A stretch of DNA of 62,997 nt, the filler included. It is 13 parts of 13 records of this genome, joined end to end, with 100 filler letters (N's around TTAATTAATTAA, not from the genome) between each part and the next. Parts side by side here need not be neighbours in the genome. Positions count along the whole stretch, not along the records: positions 29,293 to 33,030 come from SRR20825010_7071; positions 33,131 to 37,300 come from SRR20825010_7073; positions 37,401 to 41,954 come from SRR20825010_7077; 10 more parts are not named here. One strand, given 5' to 3'. Positions 32,050 to 42,054 of this stretch are shown in pieces (position 1 is the stretch's first letter; every line of letters begins with the position of its first letter). The position numbers and the translations under genes are program-made. The notes beneath the pieces were generated by a model. It was not told where the DNA came from. It ran no database searches and saw only the letters and a program-made list of their open reading frames with translations.

Positions 32050-33030
32050 TTATCTCAACCGCATTGTGGCGGGGTTGAAAGTCATCTCAATTTCGCGCCA
32101 CTGGTCGTATTTTTCGGCAGGTAAGGCATAGCCTTCGGCGCCCTGACATCGCAGCACGGCGCGCCGCGCCACCTGAAATGCGGTCTGGACCGCTGCGGCA
32201 CTGCCCTGTGATGCATTCAGCATCTTCAGGCTGCTTTGGACGACCCGTCCGTCCTGCTCCATCTCGAAGCCCACGGTGACCGTGATGTTTGCCGCCTCGG
32301 ATCCGACGTCCACCACCCAACACGCCTGCACTGCCAACCGCAGCGCCTCACGCTCTCCGGTGGTCATTGGCGGGCCAGTGGGCGCGGCGGGGGCCGGAGC
32401 TGCGGACAGCGCCTCGGCCAGCGCCGAGGTAATGGCGTCATCCGCCCCGCTAAGGGGATCGGGATCGGGCTGGGCGGCCTCGGGCTGCGGTGCCGGATCG
32501 GGCCGGGTCGCCTGCGCGGCGCGCTGCGGTCGCGCCTGCGGGCGGATCGACTCGGAGGGGGCAAACCGCTCGTCCGCTTCTGTCACGATCTCGGTCGAGG
32601 TTTCAGGCGGGGCTGTCGCCTCGCGCAGTTCCTCTGCCACGTCGGGGCTGACGGCATCCGGGTCGGCCGCCTCTACCCGTTCCTCGGCGCGTTCAGTGTT
32701 CGGGTCCGGTGGAGCCACGGGGGTGTTGGCCACCCGGTCCGCCGGACGCGCTTTGGGACGCAACGATGCGGTCGGCGCCACTGGCGCGGGGGGTGGTGCA
32801 GGCAACGGCGCCGGAGGCACCGGAATCGGTTCTGGTTCCGGCAGCGGCGCGGGCACGGGAACCGGATCCGGTTCTGGAAGGGGTTGCGGGACGGGCGCTG
32901 GTTCTGGAGCGGGTTCTGGCGTCGGTTCCGGGGCGGGTTCGGGCACAGGTTCGGGTACCGGCTCTGGCTGGGGCGCTGGGGTCGGTTCCGGTGCCGGAGC
33001 GGGTTCTGGCGCGGGCTCTGGTGTCGGTTC
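32050..33030 (-). CDS. tolA: TolA-like protein, 5' end truncated
   Basis: Pro/Glu-rich linker; C-terminal ..CW...[20 protein letters not shown]; upstream of tolB. Confidence 0.85.
   Translation of the reverse strand, partial: EPTPEPAPEPAPAPEPTPAPQPEPVPEPVPEPAPEPTPEPAPEPAPVPQPLPEPDPVPVPAPLPEPEPIPVPPAPLPAPPPAPVAPTASLRPKARPADRVANTPVAPPDPNTERAEERVEAADPDAVSPDVAEELREATAPPETSTEIVTEADERFAPSESIRPQARPQRAAQATRPDPAPQPEAAQPDPDPLSGADDAITSALAEALSAAPAPAAPTGPPMTTGEREALRLAVQACWVVDVGSEAANITVTVGFEMEQDGRVVQSSLKMLNASQGSAAAVQTAFQVARRAVLRCQGAEGYALPAEKYDQWREIEMTFNPATMRLR
32820..33030. repeat. Low-complexity ([12 protein letters not shown])n coding repeat
   Basis: Imperfect 12-nt periodicity (e.g. GGTTCTGGAGCG/GGTTCCGGGGCG) running into the fragment end. 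Confidence 0.85.
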
Positions 33031-33130
33031 NNNNNNNNNNNNNNNNNNNNNNNNNNNNNNNNNNNNNNNNNNNNTTAATTAATTAANNNNNNNNNNNNNN
33101 NNNNNNNNNNNNNNNNNNNNNNNNNNNNNN

Positions 33131-34341
33131 CCGATGCGCCCACCCAGCCTGCGACATCCGGTGATGCATCTTCGGCAACGAATGACAGCGCGGCAGGCAA
33201 TGGCGCCACGCCCGGCAGCCCAGCCACCACGACAGGGAGCGTGGGAGCCAATGTCAGGCCCGTAGCGCCGCAGCGTGCCATCTCCGGAGTTTTCGTGCCG
33301 GATGAGGTTCTTGTCACCCTCGACGGTGACGGGGATGTGGCTGCCGCCATTGCGGCGCAATTCGGGCTGGAACTGCGCTCGGCCCGTGGTTCGGCCTTGC
33401 TCGGGCGCACCATTGCCCGCCTAGGGATACCCGACGGACGCCCGGTGGCTTTCGTGCTTGCACAGCTTGAAGGCGATGGCCGGCTGGCCGATCGGGTGCC
33501 GAACCATGTGTTCCAGCTTCAACAGACCGCGGGCATCGTCAACTACGCCTTTGAACGGATCGCACTCGATGCCGGCGCGGTGAACGGTGAGAATGTGAGC
33601 GTGGCCGTGATCGATACGGCTGTGGACGAGACGCACCCGGCCCTTGCCGGCCGTGTTGCAAGCGTATTCGACGCGCTCCCCGACATGGCGGTGAAAGACC
33701 GGGAGCATGGCACGTCCATTTCTGGTCTGATTGCCGGCGATGGGCCGTTTCGCGGTATGGCGCCGGGTGTGCGATTGCTCCATGCCCGGGCCTTCGAGGA
33801 GGGCGTTTCCAGCACCAGCGTGCTTCTGGCGGCGCTCGACTGGGCGGTGGAAGAGGGCGCCCAGATCGTGAACATGAGCTTTGTTGGGCCAGAAAATCCG
33901 CTTTTTTCTTCCGCCTGCCGTAATGCGATGGCGCGCGGTGTGGTGCTTGTCGCTGCTGCGGGCAACAACGGTCCCGGCGCGCCTTTCGGTTATCCGGCAG
34001 CCTATGATGGCGTGATCGCCGTAACGGCGACCGATATGCACGACCGGGTGATGGGGAAGGCAAACCGTGGCCGCTACATCGATCTTTCGGCGCCGGGCGT
34101 GAACGTGGTGGCCCCCATACCCGGCGGCATGGATGTCGTTACGGGCACCTCCTTTGCCGCTGCCATCGTCTCTGGAGCGATTGCCAATCTGATCCATGCG
34201 GGCGAGAATGCATCTCCCAGGGCGCTTGCGGAATTGCTTCGCAGCACCGCGGTGGATCTGGGAGAGCCTGGCCGTGACGAAGACTTCGGCGACGGTCTTC
34301 TCAATGCCAGGGCGGCAATGGCCACGCACAATGCCGATTAG
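33131..34341 (+). CDS. Subtilisin-like S8 serine peptidase, 5' end truncated
   Basis: Catalytic triad VIDT, HGT and GTSFAA; oxyanion AAAGN; YPAA. Confidence 0.9.
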
Positions 34342-35123
34342 CCGCTCGGTGCCGTTTCGGTCAGCCCCACAGGCGCAATGATCAGGCCGTTTCCATCCTG
34401 TGCGCGATGGGCCGTCACGCCATAAATCCTCGCGAGGTTTTCATCCGACAACACGGTTTCCGGCGACCCAAGCGCGGCCAGATTTCCCTCATTCAGGAGC
34501 ATGACCTCATCGCACCAGCGAGCCGCCAGCGTCAGATCGTGGAGTGAAACCAGCACGGTTTTTCCCTCTGCAGCGAGCCCTTTCAGCGATCGCATCAGCA
34601 TGATCTGGTGCGCGGCATCGAGGCCGGAGGCCGGTTCGTCGGCGATGAGAAGCGGTGTCTCCTGCGCGATGGCGCGCGCCATCAGGACGCGGGCCTGTTC
34701 TCCGCCAGAGAGTTCGGTGGCGATCCGCGGCGAGAGTGACGCGATATCGGCCATCTCCATCGCGCGCTCGATTGCCGCTTCATCGCGCGCGCTCGCGCGT
34801 TGGCCAAAGGCACGCCACGGCAGACGGCCGAGCGCCACGAGATCGCGCACGGTCAGCCGCCAGCCTATGGTGCGTTGCTGCGGCAGATAGGCGACGAGGC
34901 GGGCGCGCGCCGCGGGCCCGATCACCGCAAGGTCGTGTTCCCCGAACCGGATGTCACCCTTGACGGAGAGCTGGCCGTTGAGCGCCCGCATGAGCGTGGA
35001 TTTGCCCGCGCCATTCGGTCCAAGAACACCGACGAGCACACCGGGTTTGATCTTGAAGCCAATGTCACTGATCACGTGTCTGTTTGCGAGCGTAACAGAG
35101 AGATTGTCGGCGTGCAGATCCAT
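34338..35123 (-). CDS. Cobalamin/iron-chelate ABC ATP-binding protein (BtuD/FecE-like)
   Basis: GPNGAGKS, LSGGEQARV, DEP and SLHDL motifs. Confidence 0.92.
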   Translation of the reverse strand: MDLHADNLSVTLANRHVISDIGFKIKPGVLVGVLGPNGAGKSTLMRALNGQLSVKGDIRFGEHDLAVIGPAARARLVAYLPQQRTIGWRLTVRDLVALGRLPWRAFGQRASARDEAAIERAMEMADIASLSPRIATELSGGEQARVLMARAIAQETPLLIADEPASGLDAAHQIMLMRSLKGLAAEGKTVLVSLHDLTLAARWCDEVMLLNEGNLAALGSPETVLSDENLARIYGVTAHRAQDGNGLIIAPVGLTETAPSG

Positions 35124-36103
35124 CACAGCATCTCCCGGCGGGCGCGGACAACGAGCCACAGGAAAAACGGCGCTCCGATCAGCGCTGTCAGAACGCCGAC
35201 ATTGAGCTCGCCAGCGGGCAACACAATGCGTGCCGCGATGTCGGCGGCGAGGAGAAGTGCTGCGCCACCCAGCCCTGCGGGTAGCAGAAGGCTGCTTGGC
35301 ATTCGGTTGGTGAGCGGACGAATAAGATGCGGGATCACGAGGCCGATGAAGCCGATGGTGCCGGTGACCGCAGTGGCCGCACCGACGCAGAGCGCCACTC
35401 CGGCGACGATCAGAAAGCGTGTGAGGCTCATGGAAATGCCGAGACTGGAAGCCGCTTCCTCGCCTAGCGAAAGTGCATCAATGGCGCGGGCCGAGAGTGC
35501 AATCAGAAACCAGCCCGCAGCCATGAGCGGCAGGGCGAGTGCCACATGCTCCATGGATCGGTCCTTCAGTGAGCCCAGCAGCCAGAAGATGATCTCATAG
35601 GAGGCAAAGGGATTGGGGGAAAGATTGAGAACCAGCGCGGTAAGCGCTCCCGCAAGACTGGAGAGCGCAACGCCCGCCAGAATGAGTGTAAGCGTTGAAC
35701 CCTGGCGCGCGGCAATGGCAAGCAGGACGAGTATTGCAAGGAGCGCGCCGATCAGCGCACCGGCGGGCAGCGCATAGAGCGAGCTTCCGGCAAGCCCCGA
35801 ATAAAACACAAGAACCGCGCCGAGGGCTGCCATGGACGACACCCCGATCACGCCAGGCTCAGCCAGCGGATTGCGCAAAAAACCCTGAAGAACCGCGCCG
35901 GAAAGCCCGAGCGACATGCCGATGGCAAGACCAAGAAGGGCGCGCGGCAGGCGTATTTCACGCATGATGATGGCCGCCGCCTCACTGCCGCCGGCAAAAA
36001 GCCCGGCAATGCTGTCTTCCACCGGGAGTTCGGCGGGGCCGACGAGCAGCGACACGACGAACAGCACGAAAACCAGGAGGATGAGCGACATGCAGAGCTT
36101 CAT
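35123..36103 (-). CDS. FecCD/BtuC family permease
   Basis: IRLPR, RNPLAEP, GFIGLVIPH and IGAPFF motifs. Confidence 0.93.
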   Translation of the reverse strand: MKLCMSLILLVFVLFVVSLLVGPAELPVEDSIAGLFAGGSEAAAIIMREIRLPRALLGLAIGMSLGLSGAVLQGFLRNPLAEPGVIGVSSMAALGAVLVFYSGLAGSSLYALPAGALIGALLAILVLLAIAARQGSTLTLILAGVALSSLAGALTALVLNLSPNPFASYEIIFWLLGSLKDRSMEHVALALPLMAAGWFLIALSARAIDALSLGEEAASSLGISMSLTRFLIVAGVALCVGAATAVTGTIGFIGLVIPHLIRPLTNRMPSSLLLPAGLGGAALLLAADIAARIVLPAGELNVGVLTALIGAPFFLWLVVRARREML

Positions 36104-36969
36104 TGCGCAGCGTTCCCGTGGCAGGGAGCAATCTCGGTGCGGAGCGCTGCCAGCGCCCGCACGGCTTCGATCACCGAGGGGATACCGCAGGACAGGGAGG
36201 CCTCCGGCACGAATGCGCCGATACGCGTATCCGGGAGCGCGCCAATAGCGGGATGGCGTGTCACAAATTCGCCAAGCGTCGGCGCCTTTTGCGGCGCGCC
36301 GATGCTGATGACATCCGGGTGGGCGGCGATCACCTGCTCCAGTGGAAAGGGGGCTACGCCAATGACACCCATGTCGGCGGCAAGATTGGCAAAGCCGGCA
36401 GCCTGCACAACGGAATCGGCCAGCGTGCCGCGTCCAGAGGCGATGCCGTTCTGGTCATAGGCAATCATGGTAGGGTCTTTGCCGCATTGGCCGGCGGCGA
36501 TTGTTTCGAGTTCACGCGTGAAATCGTCTGCGATGGCTTGCGCCCTCTTTTCCTGCCCGATGAGCGCCCCCATCCGCCGCACTTCACCAGGAATGGTCTC
36601 AAGGGTCTGCGCGAAGGAAAATTCTTCGACATGAAAGCCCAGCCGTTTCAGCAACGCGGTGGTGTTGTGTAGTGAGTGGGTGCCGGTGACCACCAGGTCG
36701 GGATTTTCAAGAAACACCTCTTCGGCAAGCCCGTGATTGGCCGGGTAGCTCCTGGCTTCCTCGTGCAGCATGGAGAGGCCCGGTTCGCGCGCGAGGAAAG
36801 AGACGGAAACGAGCTGCCCCGGACCCGCCAATGTCATGGCAAGCTGGTCAGTGCACAGATTGAGCGACATGACCCGTTTCGGCGCGGCCGAAACCGGCGC
36901 GACAAGCAGCGCGCCGGCCAGAAGAGCAAGGCCGGAAAGGCAGGGGAGGCATTTCCGGCGCCCCAGCAT
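36100..36969 (-). CDS. BtuF-like periplasmic binding protein
   Basis: PKRVMSLNLCTDQL motif, typical of alphaproteobacterial cobalamin-binding proteins; signal peptide. Confidence 0.85.
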   Translation of the reverse strand: MLGRRKCLPCLSGLALLAGALLVAPVSAAPKRVMSLNLCTDQLAMTLAGPGQLVSVSFLAREPGLSMLHEEARSYPANHGLAEEVFLENPDLVVTGTHSLHNTTALLKRLGFHVEEFSFAQTLETIPGEVRRMGALIGQEKRAQAIADDFTRELETIAAGQCGKDPTMIAYDQNGIASGRGTLADSVVQAAGFANLAADMGVIGVAPFPLEQVIAAHPDVISIGAPQKAPTLGEFVTRHPAIGALPDTRIGAFVPEASLSCGIPSVIEAVRALAALRTEIAPCHGNAAQ

Positions 36970-37300
36970 CAGGGAGCGAACTTTGCACGGAAGCCGGCGA
37001 AAACGCCGAAGCCGGGTGTGTTGTAGCCGCGTACCGTCTGATAATCCTGATCAAGCAGGTTTTCCGCCCGCACATAGAGTTCGGTGTCCTCGGTCGGCTT
37101 GTAGGCGATTTTGGCGTTGACAAGCAGATAATCGTCAAGCTTGAAACCGCCGGTATCGACCGTATCCATGGCCGCCCTGGCAGAGGCCGATATTGTCCAC
37201 TTCTCTGCGGGTTTCACGCTGGCGGTCAGGCCGATTTCGTGGCGTGGCACGCGCGTCAGGCGAACGTCGTTCTGGTCTACCGTGTGTGTATAGGTATAGG
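36969..37300 (-). CDS. TonB-dependent receptor C-terminus (BtuB-like)
   Basis: R.PRH, ENLLDQDYQTVRGYNTPG...AGFRAKF; heads the btuFCD-like operon. Confidence 0.85.
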
Positions 37301-37400
37301 NNNNNNNNNNNNNNNNNNNNNNNNNNNNNNNNNNNNNNNNNNNNTTAATTAATTAANNNNNNNNNNNNNNNNNNNNNNNNNNNNNNNNNNNNNNNNNNNN

Positions 37401-39389
37401 CCTCAGGAGCGGGGTCGCTACCTTTCACGCAAATCCCGGTATCTGCTTGAACAGGAAAACTACCAGGCTTTAATGGACGTCGCCGAGGAATTTAAGGAAA
37501 TTGATGTCGGGCTGCCCCTGGCGATGGCAGGAGACACCGATCACCTGGTCACCACCAAAAGTTTGATTGCCGGACTGATGGAAAAAGTGACTGCGAAAGC
37601 AGACCGAGCAGACCGCGAATCACTAGATGCGAAAATCACTGATGATCAACAGGCTGCCCTCAAAGATGGTTCCATCTCTGTGTTACAGGCATTTCTCGAC
37701 ACCTATGGCAGCTGGTCACAGGCAGTCGAAGTCCGCAGCAGATTGGCAGCCCGATTGACCGAACAGGGACAGATCCAACAGGCAGAATTCCTGCTGATGC
37801 TCAATCGCAGTCATCCCGACGAACAGATCGCAGCCAACGCCACCTACGAACTTCTGGAACTCTGGCAGGCCGCGGGGCTGCCTCACGAAGCGGCTGCATT
37901 ACTCAGTGAACTTGACAATAAATATGCTCAAGTCACCCTCGACACCGATATCACGGGAAAGCAGTATGTCAACCGCTTTGATCGTAGCTCTCAGACCTGG
38001 AACATTTTTCAGGCCATGCAGCCTCTACAACATGAGGTCTCACACCTGATCATCCGGCAGAGCGACCTGGGAACACCTTCTCCGGAAATCAGAAACACCT
38101 ATAAAAATTATGAGCGCAAGTTTCTCCCGCCGCCGGAAATCTCTCAGCTGCTACTGAAGTCTGGGGGACAGTTGCATGTGATTAATAAGCACGCTGGTCT
38201 GACGATCGGAAAAATCGAAGTGTCAGACCGCATTTCCTATCCCTATCATTCACAAAATACCCGCGTCGGTCATTTCATTCCACTCGGCAGCAGCCGCAAG
38301 ATTCATGGAGTCTCGCTGCTGCAACTGGATGAAGATATTTCGACGCCGCTCTGGACGAAGGATTTCGATGACTTAAACAACTCGCAATCGCTGTTTTATG
38401 TTGGTCCTTCCGGGCCACGTGTCTGTGTTTTCCAGTGGGATAACCGCCTGTTTGGATTGAATCCGGCCACAGGAAAAGTCTTGTGGGAACGCAGGAATAT
38501 TCCCTCCAAATCAGGCTTCCTCAGTGACTCCAGCAAAGGATTGATCGGTGACCAGCAGGCACTGGTTGCCTTTAACATTAATCGCACAAACTACGACGTC
38601 TACAGTACGATTACCGGTGAACTGATACGAAAAGGAGAGCTGGATTTGAACAGTCGGTCCCGCCACGTCTTCGGCCGCAAGCTGTTCTACGAAACGACAT
38701 CGACCACAGAAAAACGCGTTCGACTCTGGGACCCATTGACTGACCAGCACCTGCTCGACGAACCTGTTTCGAACACAGGCTTTTCGACTCAGATCTCTGA
38801 GACAGAACTTGCCATCCTGCTGCCCCCGAATCGGTTGCGAATACTCAATGTCGAAACCGGTGAGACAATTATCGAGTCGATCATCCCCGATGAATACCTG
38901 AAAAGCCTCAATAAGTTTATTGGCTTTAAAGATCAGGAACGCTACTACTTCAATTTTTCCTACACGACACCACGCAGGCGATCCCCGCAAAACGATTTTT
39001 ATGTCAGCGACTCGTTTCTGAATGTGGTGCATGTCGACAATGACTTAATCAGTATCGACGGGAAAACGGGGAAGATTCTCTGGAGCCGCAACCTTCCTAA
39101 ACGTTCCTGGGTTGACACCTCTCAGTACCAGCTCCCGTTTTTGATCTTCATGAGCAAAATCCGTACTGAATCTCGAACCCGCAGCTATTCGTTCCTGCTG
39201 GAAATCCTGGATGCCAGAACCGGAGATACGATCGGCTTTAAAGACAATATTCTGAAAGATACAATCCTGCAGCTGCAGATTGATCCCCGCTTTCATAAAA
39301 TCATTCTACAGGGACTGCACAGTGCCATCGAAATCGATTTCAGCGATAAAGCAAAGTCGCTGGATGGTATTTTTGAGAAGCCACTCTGA
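37401..39389 (+). CDS. PQQ-type beta-propeller repeat protein, 5' end truncated
   Basis: Repeated xLxxxTGKxLW motifs (GLNPATGKVLW, IDGKTGKILW, LDARTG). Confidence 0.75.
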   Translation, partial: PQERGRYLSRKSRYLLEQENYQALMDVAEEFKEIDVGLPLAMAGDTDHLVTTKSLIAGLMEKVTAKADRADRESLDAKITDDQQAALKDGSISVLQAFLDTYGSWSQAVEVRSRLAARLTEQGQIQQAEFLLMLNRSHPDEQIAANATYELLELWQAAGLPHEAAALLSELDNKYAQVTLDTDITGKQYVNRFDRSSQTWNIFQAMQPLQHEVSHLIIRQSDLGTPSPEIRNTYKNYERKFLPPPEISQLLLKSGGQLHVINKHAGLTIGKIEVSDRISYPYHSQNTRVGHFIPLGSSRKIHGVSLLQLDEDISTPLWTKDFDDLNNSQSLFYVGPSGPRVCVFQWDNRLFGLNPATGKVLWERRNIPSKSGFLSDSSKGLIGDQQALVAFNINRTNYDVYSTITGELIRKGELDLNSRSRHVFGRKLFYETTSTTEKRVRLWDPLTDQHLLDEPVSNTGFSTQISETELAILLPPNRLRILNVETGETIIESIIPDEYLKSLNKFIGFKDQERYYFNFSYTTPRRRSPQNDFYVSDSFLNVVHVDNDLISIDGKTGKILWSRNLPKRSWVDTSQYQLPFLIFMSKIRTESRTRSYSFLLEILDARTGDTIGFKDNILKDTILQLQIDPRFHKIILQGLHSAIEIDFSDKAKSLDGIFEKPL

Positions 39390-39453
39390 TCGCAGGAAGA
39401 AGTTCCAGGCTTGAACTCAACATCCGTTCCGAGAGAGCAGGGAGTCTGAAAAG

Positions 39454-39524
39454 AGCGGCTGAAGGGAATCGAACCCTCGTCACCAGCTTGGGAAGCTGGG
39501 GTAATACCATTATACGACAGCCGC
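39454..39524 (-). tRNA. tRNA-Gly(CCC), no encoded CCA
   Basis: GCGGCTG acceptor stem, anticodon arm CCAGC-TTCCCAA-GCTGG, T-arm GAGGGTTCGATTCCCTT, U discriminator. Confidence 0.96.
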
Positions 39525-39602
39525 TGAACTCGGAAGAGACAGAGTAAACACCATACTGGTTCGGGTCAAGCAATTCCGAATGCAGCATGATCAGTATTTC
39601 AA

Positions 39603-41141
39603 TTAACTTTTCACCTGCTGGTTTTCACCGGAGCGAATCAGCTCCAGTTGTTTCGCGACCTCAGGGAAGGGGACTTCGTGAGGCAGTTTCTGAGTCGTTG
39701 CCGCCAGAGCAGAAGCAACCCCTGCCGCCTCCCCCATCGCTACGGCATTCCCGGTCACTCGATAGCTGCTGTGCGCGATAAAGTCTCCACTGATACAGCG
39801 TCCCGCCATCATCAGGCCTGTCACATCCCGGGCAATCAGCGCCCGCAGGGGAATATCATAAGGTTTGGATTTGAACGGTTTCTTTTCGATGGCTTTCGTT
39901 TTACCAGGATTGGTGGAATGCACGTCTATTCCAAATCGGACATGGCAGATACCGTCCTCAAACCGTGCTCCGTTTTTCAGATCTTCACTGGAAACATGAT
40001 ACCGTCCCATAATCCGGCGCCCTTCACGGGTGCCAATCTGTTCTGCGGTCGCAATGATCTCAAGATTGGTCCACGGATCACCCAGTTTTTTCAGGCTGTT
40101 GACCAGTTTATGTACTTCACGCCGTGCCTGTAATGTCGCGTCGGTGACATGGGCTGCATCAATCGACAGTGTTCCATATTCATGATTGGCCATCATCGCA
40201 AACAGGCCATCTCGAACCCTGAAGATAGTAGGACCGCCATAAGAAGGGTCAATACCAGCCCGCTGAAACTCTGCCAGCAGGTTTTTCTTCGGGTTCCCCA
40301 GGTTGCGAGGTTCTGCATCTCCTCTTACAAACTGAGCAATCCCATCCAGCGTCACTCCGGTCAGCAGAACCATCAGGCTCATCGGCTGAGTCAGGCCGGT
40401 ACCTGGCTGACCGAACTCGTATGCACACCCTGCTTGCGCCGCCAGATCACCGTCGCCAGAACAGTCAATAAACGCCTTCGCTCTCCAGGCCTGCCGACCC
40501 GATTTGGATTCGGTCACGACAACTGACAGACGATTATTGATGTCGGTCACCGCCCCCACGACTCGTGTGTGCAGTTGAATCTTGACTCCCGCTTCCAGCA
40601 GCAGGTCTTCCAGTAACAGTTTGGTCTTCTCGGTATCGTAGGCGACCGAACCGTTCTGCAGGGTATTACTGGCACCGCGTTCTTCCAGTTTCTGTAACAG
40701 CTCACGCATGATGCCCGGCTTATTCTGGGCATCAATAATCAACGTCAACGCACCTGCGGTCCAGACTCCACCGACACAGCCATTGACTTCGAGCAACCGG
40801 GTTTTCGCTCCACTGCGGGCAGAAGCCAGAGCAGCAGCGATCCCGGCAGGACCACCGCCACAGACGATGACTTCATCTTCCTCAACAATCGGAATATTCC
40901 GGGCCGCCTCATGAAAGATTTTTCCATCCGGCGAAACCCAGCCGCTGGTGCGAACATGCTGGGCGGACGAATTCCAGACTGACTGACCGCCCCCGTCAAG
41001 TAACAGCGTGTTAGAAGGACGTGTCACTCCATCCACCACCGGTTCTTTTGCAGAAGCCGCATTGGCACCGGCTAAAAAAGCAGCAGTACTGCCAGCGAGG
41101 TATTTACCGAACACGCGGCGGTCTATATTTTCGTTGGCCAT
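39603..41141 (-). CDS. FAD-dependent oxidoreductase with a Tat-like signal
   Basis: DRRVFGK..AASA leader; GGGPAG, IDCSGDGDLA, REGRRI, YDIPLRAL and AGRCISGD motifs. Confidence 0.88.
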   Translation of the reverse strand: MANENIDRRVFGKYLAGSTAAFLAGANAASAKEPVVDGVTRPSNTLLLDGGGQSVWNSSAQHVRTSGWVSPDGKIFHEAARNIPIVEEDEVIVCGGGPAGIAAALASARSGAKTRLLEVNGCVGGVWTAGALTLIIDAQNKPGIMRELLQKLEERGASNTLQNGSVAYDTEKTKLLLEDLLLEAGVKIQLHTRVVGAVTDINNRLSVVVTESKSGRQAWRAKAFIDCSGDGDLAAQAGCAYEFGQPGTGLTQPMSLMVLLTGVTLDGIAQFVRGDAEPRNLGNPKKNLLAEFQRAGIDPSYGGPTIFRVRDGLFAMMANHEYGTLSIDAAHVTDATLQARREVHKLVNSLKKLGDPWTNLEIIATAEQIGTREGRRIMGRYHVSSEDLKNGARFEDGICHVRFGIDVHSTNPGKTKAIEKKPFKSKPYDIPLRALIARDVTGLMMAGRCISGDFIAHSSYRVTGNAVAMGEAAGVASALAATTQKLPHEVPFPEVAKQLELIRSGENQQVKS

Positions 41142-41197
41142 GACAGACTCCTCTCGATTCATTTTTGCAGGAAATTTTTTGATCCGGACCAATTCAT

Positions 41198-41954
41198 TCA
41201 GCCGTAAATTCGTTTATGGATCTCTGTAACAACATCGTCAATCGGAATTCTTACCTGTTCCAGTGTATCACGATCACGCAGTGTCACACAGTTATCCTGT
41301 TCGGTTTCCCCATCCACTGTCAAGCAGAAAGGTGTTCCAATCTCGTCCTGACGACGATATCGGCGACCGATGGCTCCCTGCTGATCGTAAACCGCTTGAA
41401 TTCCTGCCGATTTCAATCTCTGGTAAATGGACGAAGCGATTTCCGGCATACCCGCTTTTTTGATCAGCGGAAAAACGGCCGCTTTCACAGGCGCCAGTCG
41501 CGGATGGAACCGCATCACGGTTCGAGTCTGCATTTCACCTTTTTCATCCGGTTGTTCATCTTCGTAATAGGCTTCACACAGAAACGCCAGTGTTGCACGG
41601 TCTGCACCGGCGGCGGGCTCAATCACATGTGGAATGAACCGTTCGCGAGTCTGATCATCAAAGTAGGTCAGATCTTTTCCGCTCCCTTTGTACTTGGGCT
41701 GCCCATGTTCGTTCTTCTCTACGACCAGCTGATCTCCTTCTCGAACCAGCTTGCCTTCCATATGCGAACGCAGGTCGAAATCACCACGATGGGCAATCCC
41801 TTCCAGTTCACCATATTCATTCTCTTCCATGAAGGGGAAGGCATACTCGACGTCAGCGGTTCCGACGGAGTAGTGCGCCAGTTCTTCCTTAGTATGATCG
41901 CGCAAAATCAGATTCTCTTCTGCAATCCCGTGTTTGATGTACCAGGCATAGCGA
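41198..41954 (-). CDS. glyQS: Glycine-tRNA ligase (homodimeric type), C-terminal part
   Basis: LAHYS, ELEGIAHRGDFDL, PHVIEPAAGADR, and the anticodon domain IGRRYRRQDEIGTPFCLTVD. Confidence 0.95.
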
Positions 41955-42054
41955 NNNNNNNNNNNNNNNNNNNNNNNNNNNNNNNNNNNNNNNNNNNNTT
42001 AATTAATTAANNNNNNNNNNNNNNNNNNNNNNNNNNNNNNNNNNNNNNNNNNNN

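Noticed and set aside
32276..33082. Gly/Ser/Ala-rich silk-like ORF
   Set aside because: It is the antisense reading of the TolA Pro/Glu repeat.
39389..39454. tRNA-Gly 3' end as an integration site
   Set aside because: No integrase or duplicated tRNA end is present in the fragment.
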